This document shows, in pieces, positions 51,907 through 53,385 of a stretch of DNA of 53,385 nt. The notes below the pieces were generated by a model. That model was not told the origin of the DNA, made no database searches, and was given only the letters and a program-made list of their open reading frames with translations. The DNA comes from Myxococcota bacterium. GTDB taxonomy: Bacteria > Myxococcota_A > UBA796 > UBA2385. A program made the translations under genes and the position numbers. The stretch lies in NCBI GenBank assembly GCA_044344255.1, contig JBIJDH010000038.1:1-53385 (forward strand), given 5' to 3'. Within the stretch, counting starts at the first letter, position 1. Each line of letters opens with the position of its first letter.

Positions 51907-53385
51907 TGTGGGATCCGGAAACTCTGGCGGGTCGAGATCCGGAAACTCTGGCGGGTTCTGACCCGCCGGCCGCTCTTTGGGGTCTCCGGTAGCAGGCGGG
52001 TGCCCTCCGGAGGCCCGCCCGGTGATCGACGTCATGACCCGCCTGAAGATCCACAACATGGCCGAGGGGGGCACTCCCCAGGCCGACATCGCCGAACTCT
52101 GCGGCGTGGGCCTGCGCTCCGTGCAGCGCATCCTCGCCGAGACCGCGCCGACGCCGGACGAGGTCGTGGCCGGCGAGCGCGCCGGCACGCGACACGTCGG
52201 GCGCCCGCCGAAGGCCGACACGGCCATGGTCGAGCGGATCCGCTTCCTGCTCGAGACCCCCGGCAACGAGCGGCTCCCGGCGACCGAGGTGCTCCGCCGC
52301 GCCACCGAGTGGGGCTACACCGGCGGCCGCAGCCAGATGACCGAGCTCGTGAAGCGGCTCCGCCCGAAGCCGCGACAGGAGCCGATCGTCCGCTTCGAGG
52401 GGCTGCCCGGCGAGTACACGCAGTTCGACTTCGGCGAGTGCCTGGTCGAGTTCGGCGCCACCGGGAAGCAGCGCGTGCAGTTCTTCGCGGCGCGCCTGAA
52501 GTACTCCCGGTTCATGCACGTGATCGTCGTGCCCGACCAGACCGCTGAGACGCTTGTCCGCTCGCTGATCGCCTGTCTGGTCGTATTCGGGGGCTCGACG
52601 AAGGAGTGGGTGTTCGACAACCCGCGCACCGTGCGGATCTCGCCCATCGGCGCGAAGCCGGTGGTGCTGCACCGGTTCCTCCGGCAGCTCGTCGCCGAGT
52701 ACAACGTCATCGCGACCCTGTGCGCGCCGCGCTCGGGCAACCAGAAGGGCAGCGTCGAGCGCGTCGTCGGCTACGTGAAGAACAGCTTCCTGCGGGTCCG
52801 GAGGTTCCGCGATCTCGCAGACCTCGAGGCCCAGCTCGCCGAGTGGCTCCGCGGGGTGAACCACGAGCGCCTGTCCGACGCGACGGGAGAGATCCCCGCC
52901 GTCTCGCGCCAGGACGAGGCCCGCTGGCTCGCCGAGCGTCCCGTTCAGGTGGGCCCGGAGGCGTGGGCGATCGAGGACTCGGCGACGGTGACGCCGATGG
53001 GCACGATCTCGTTCCAGGGCACGGCGTACTCGGCGACCGCCCGGCACCTCGGGGCACCGGCGACGCTCCTGGTGCGCCAGCGGACGCTCGAGATCGTCGT
53101 CGCCGGTCAGCGCAGCACCCACGACCGCCAGGACCACACTGGTGAGATCCAGCGCCTCCCGGAGCACCGTCTCGACGTGCTGGCCGTCCTGCACGGCGCC
53201 CGGAAGCACGCGACCTTCCGCCGCCAGTGCCTGCTGGAGCTGGGCCAGCCGGCGTGGCAGTTCATGGGGCCCCTCGTCCACCGGTGCCCGGAGGGACGCT
53301 GGGAGAGGCCCTGCCACGAGCTCTTCGACCTGCTGACGCAGCACGGGGACGGCGCCATGCGCGACGCCTTCGCCCGCTGCGTCGC
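51907..53385 (+). mobile_element. IS21-family insertion sequence, left end (truncated by window)
   Basis: Begins TGT at 51907. The 21-bp direct repeat GATCCGGAAACTCTGGCGGGT lies at 51912-51932 and 51936-51956, as expected for IS21 ends, and is followed by istA. Confidence 0.9.
52022..53385 (+). CDS. istA: IS21-family DDE transposase IstA (partial, no stop in window)
   Basis: Read by hand from GTG 52022 after GGAGG. N-terminal HTH, GYTGG, VRFEGLPGEYTQFDFG, LKYSR, FDNP, KGSVER.VGYVK. Confidence 0.92.
   Translation, partial: MIDVMTRLKIHNMAEGGTPQADIAELCGVGLRSVQRILAETAPTPDEVVAGERAGTRHVGRPPKADTAMVERIRFLLETPGNERLPATEVLRRATEWGYTGGRSQMTELVKRLRPKPRQEPIVRFEGLPGEYTQFDFGECLVEFGATGKQRVQFFAARLKYSRFMHVIVVPDQTAETLVRSLIACLVVFGGSTKEWVFDNPRTVRISPIGAKPVVLHRFLRQLVAEYNVIATLCAPRSGNQKGSVERVVGYVKNSFLRVRRFRDLADLEAQLAEWLRGVNHERLSDATGEIPAVSRQDEARWLAERPVQVGPEAWAIEDSATVTPMGTISFQGTAYSATARHLGAPATLLVRQRTLEIVVAGQRSTHDRQDHTGEIQRLPEHRLDVLAVLHGARKHATFRRQCLLELGQPAWQFMGPLVHRCPEGRWERPCHELFDLLTQHGDGAMRDAFARCV

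Noticed and set aside
51893..53344. 483-aa minus-strand ORF
   Set aside because: Antisense shadow of istA, which the ORF track missed because it has no stop codon in the window.

Overview
High-GC bacterial window with three parts. (1) Positions 1 to about 22 kb hold a mostly + strand, translationally coupled gene block that looks like the structural and lysis half of a provirus. No tailed-phage hallmark (terminase, portal, HK97 capsid, tape measure) is visible. It encodes beta-rich candidate jelly-roll proteins, a transglutaminase-like Cys-His-Asp protein, membrane proteins, two spike/fibre-like proteins, an NlpC/P60 hydrolase and an Amidase_3. It also encodes three large conflict-type proteins: a DarB-like N6-methylase-SNF2 helicase, a GHKL ATPase-HExxH metallopeptidase and a hemerythrin-domain protein. 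These three unrelated proteins, plus a truncated duplicate, share one terminal ~42-aa module (R-x-R-x-P-x-G/D-h-D-x-x-Y-h-D-x-F-h-x-R-N-R). I infer this may be a virion-packaging or co-delivery tag, and it is the main novel observation. (2) Positions ~22-48.8 kb hold a small serine recombinase and a defence island. The island has a tandem DUF262 (GmrSD-like) pair and a six-gene minus-strand DISARM-related operon: SNF2, type IIG-like MTase, an embedded Septu-like ATPase+HNH pair, a DUF1998 helicase-nuclease and a RelE-like-UvrD fusion. (3) Positions ~48.8-53.4 kb are decayed: a sigma-54 activator pseudogene split by a 347-bp IS21-derived miniature element with a 7-bp target duplication, a pentapeptide-repeat gene, and an IS21 element running off the end. 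No rRNA, tRNA or CRISPR array was seen. All calls come from motif reading by eye; no database search was run.
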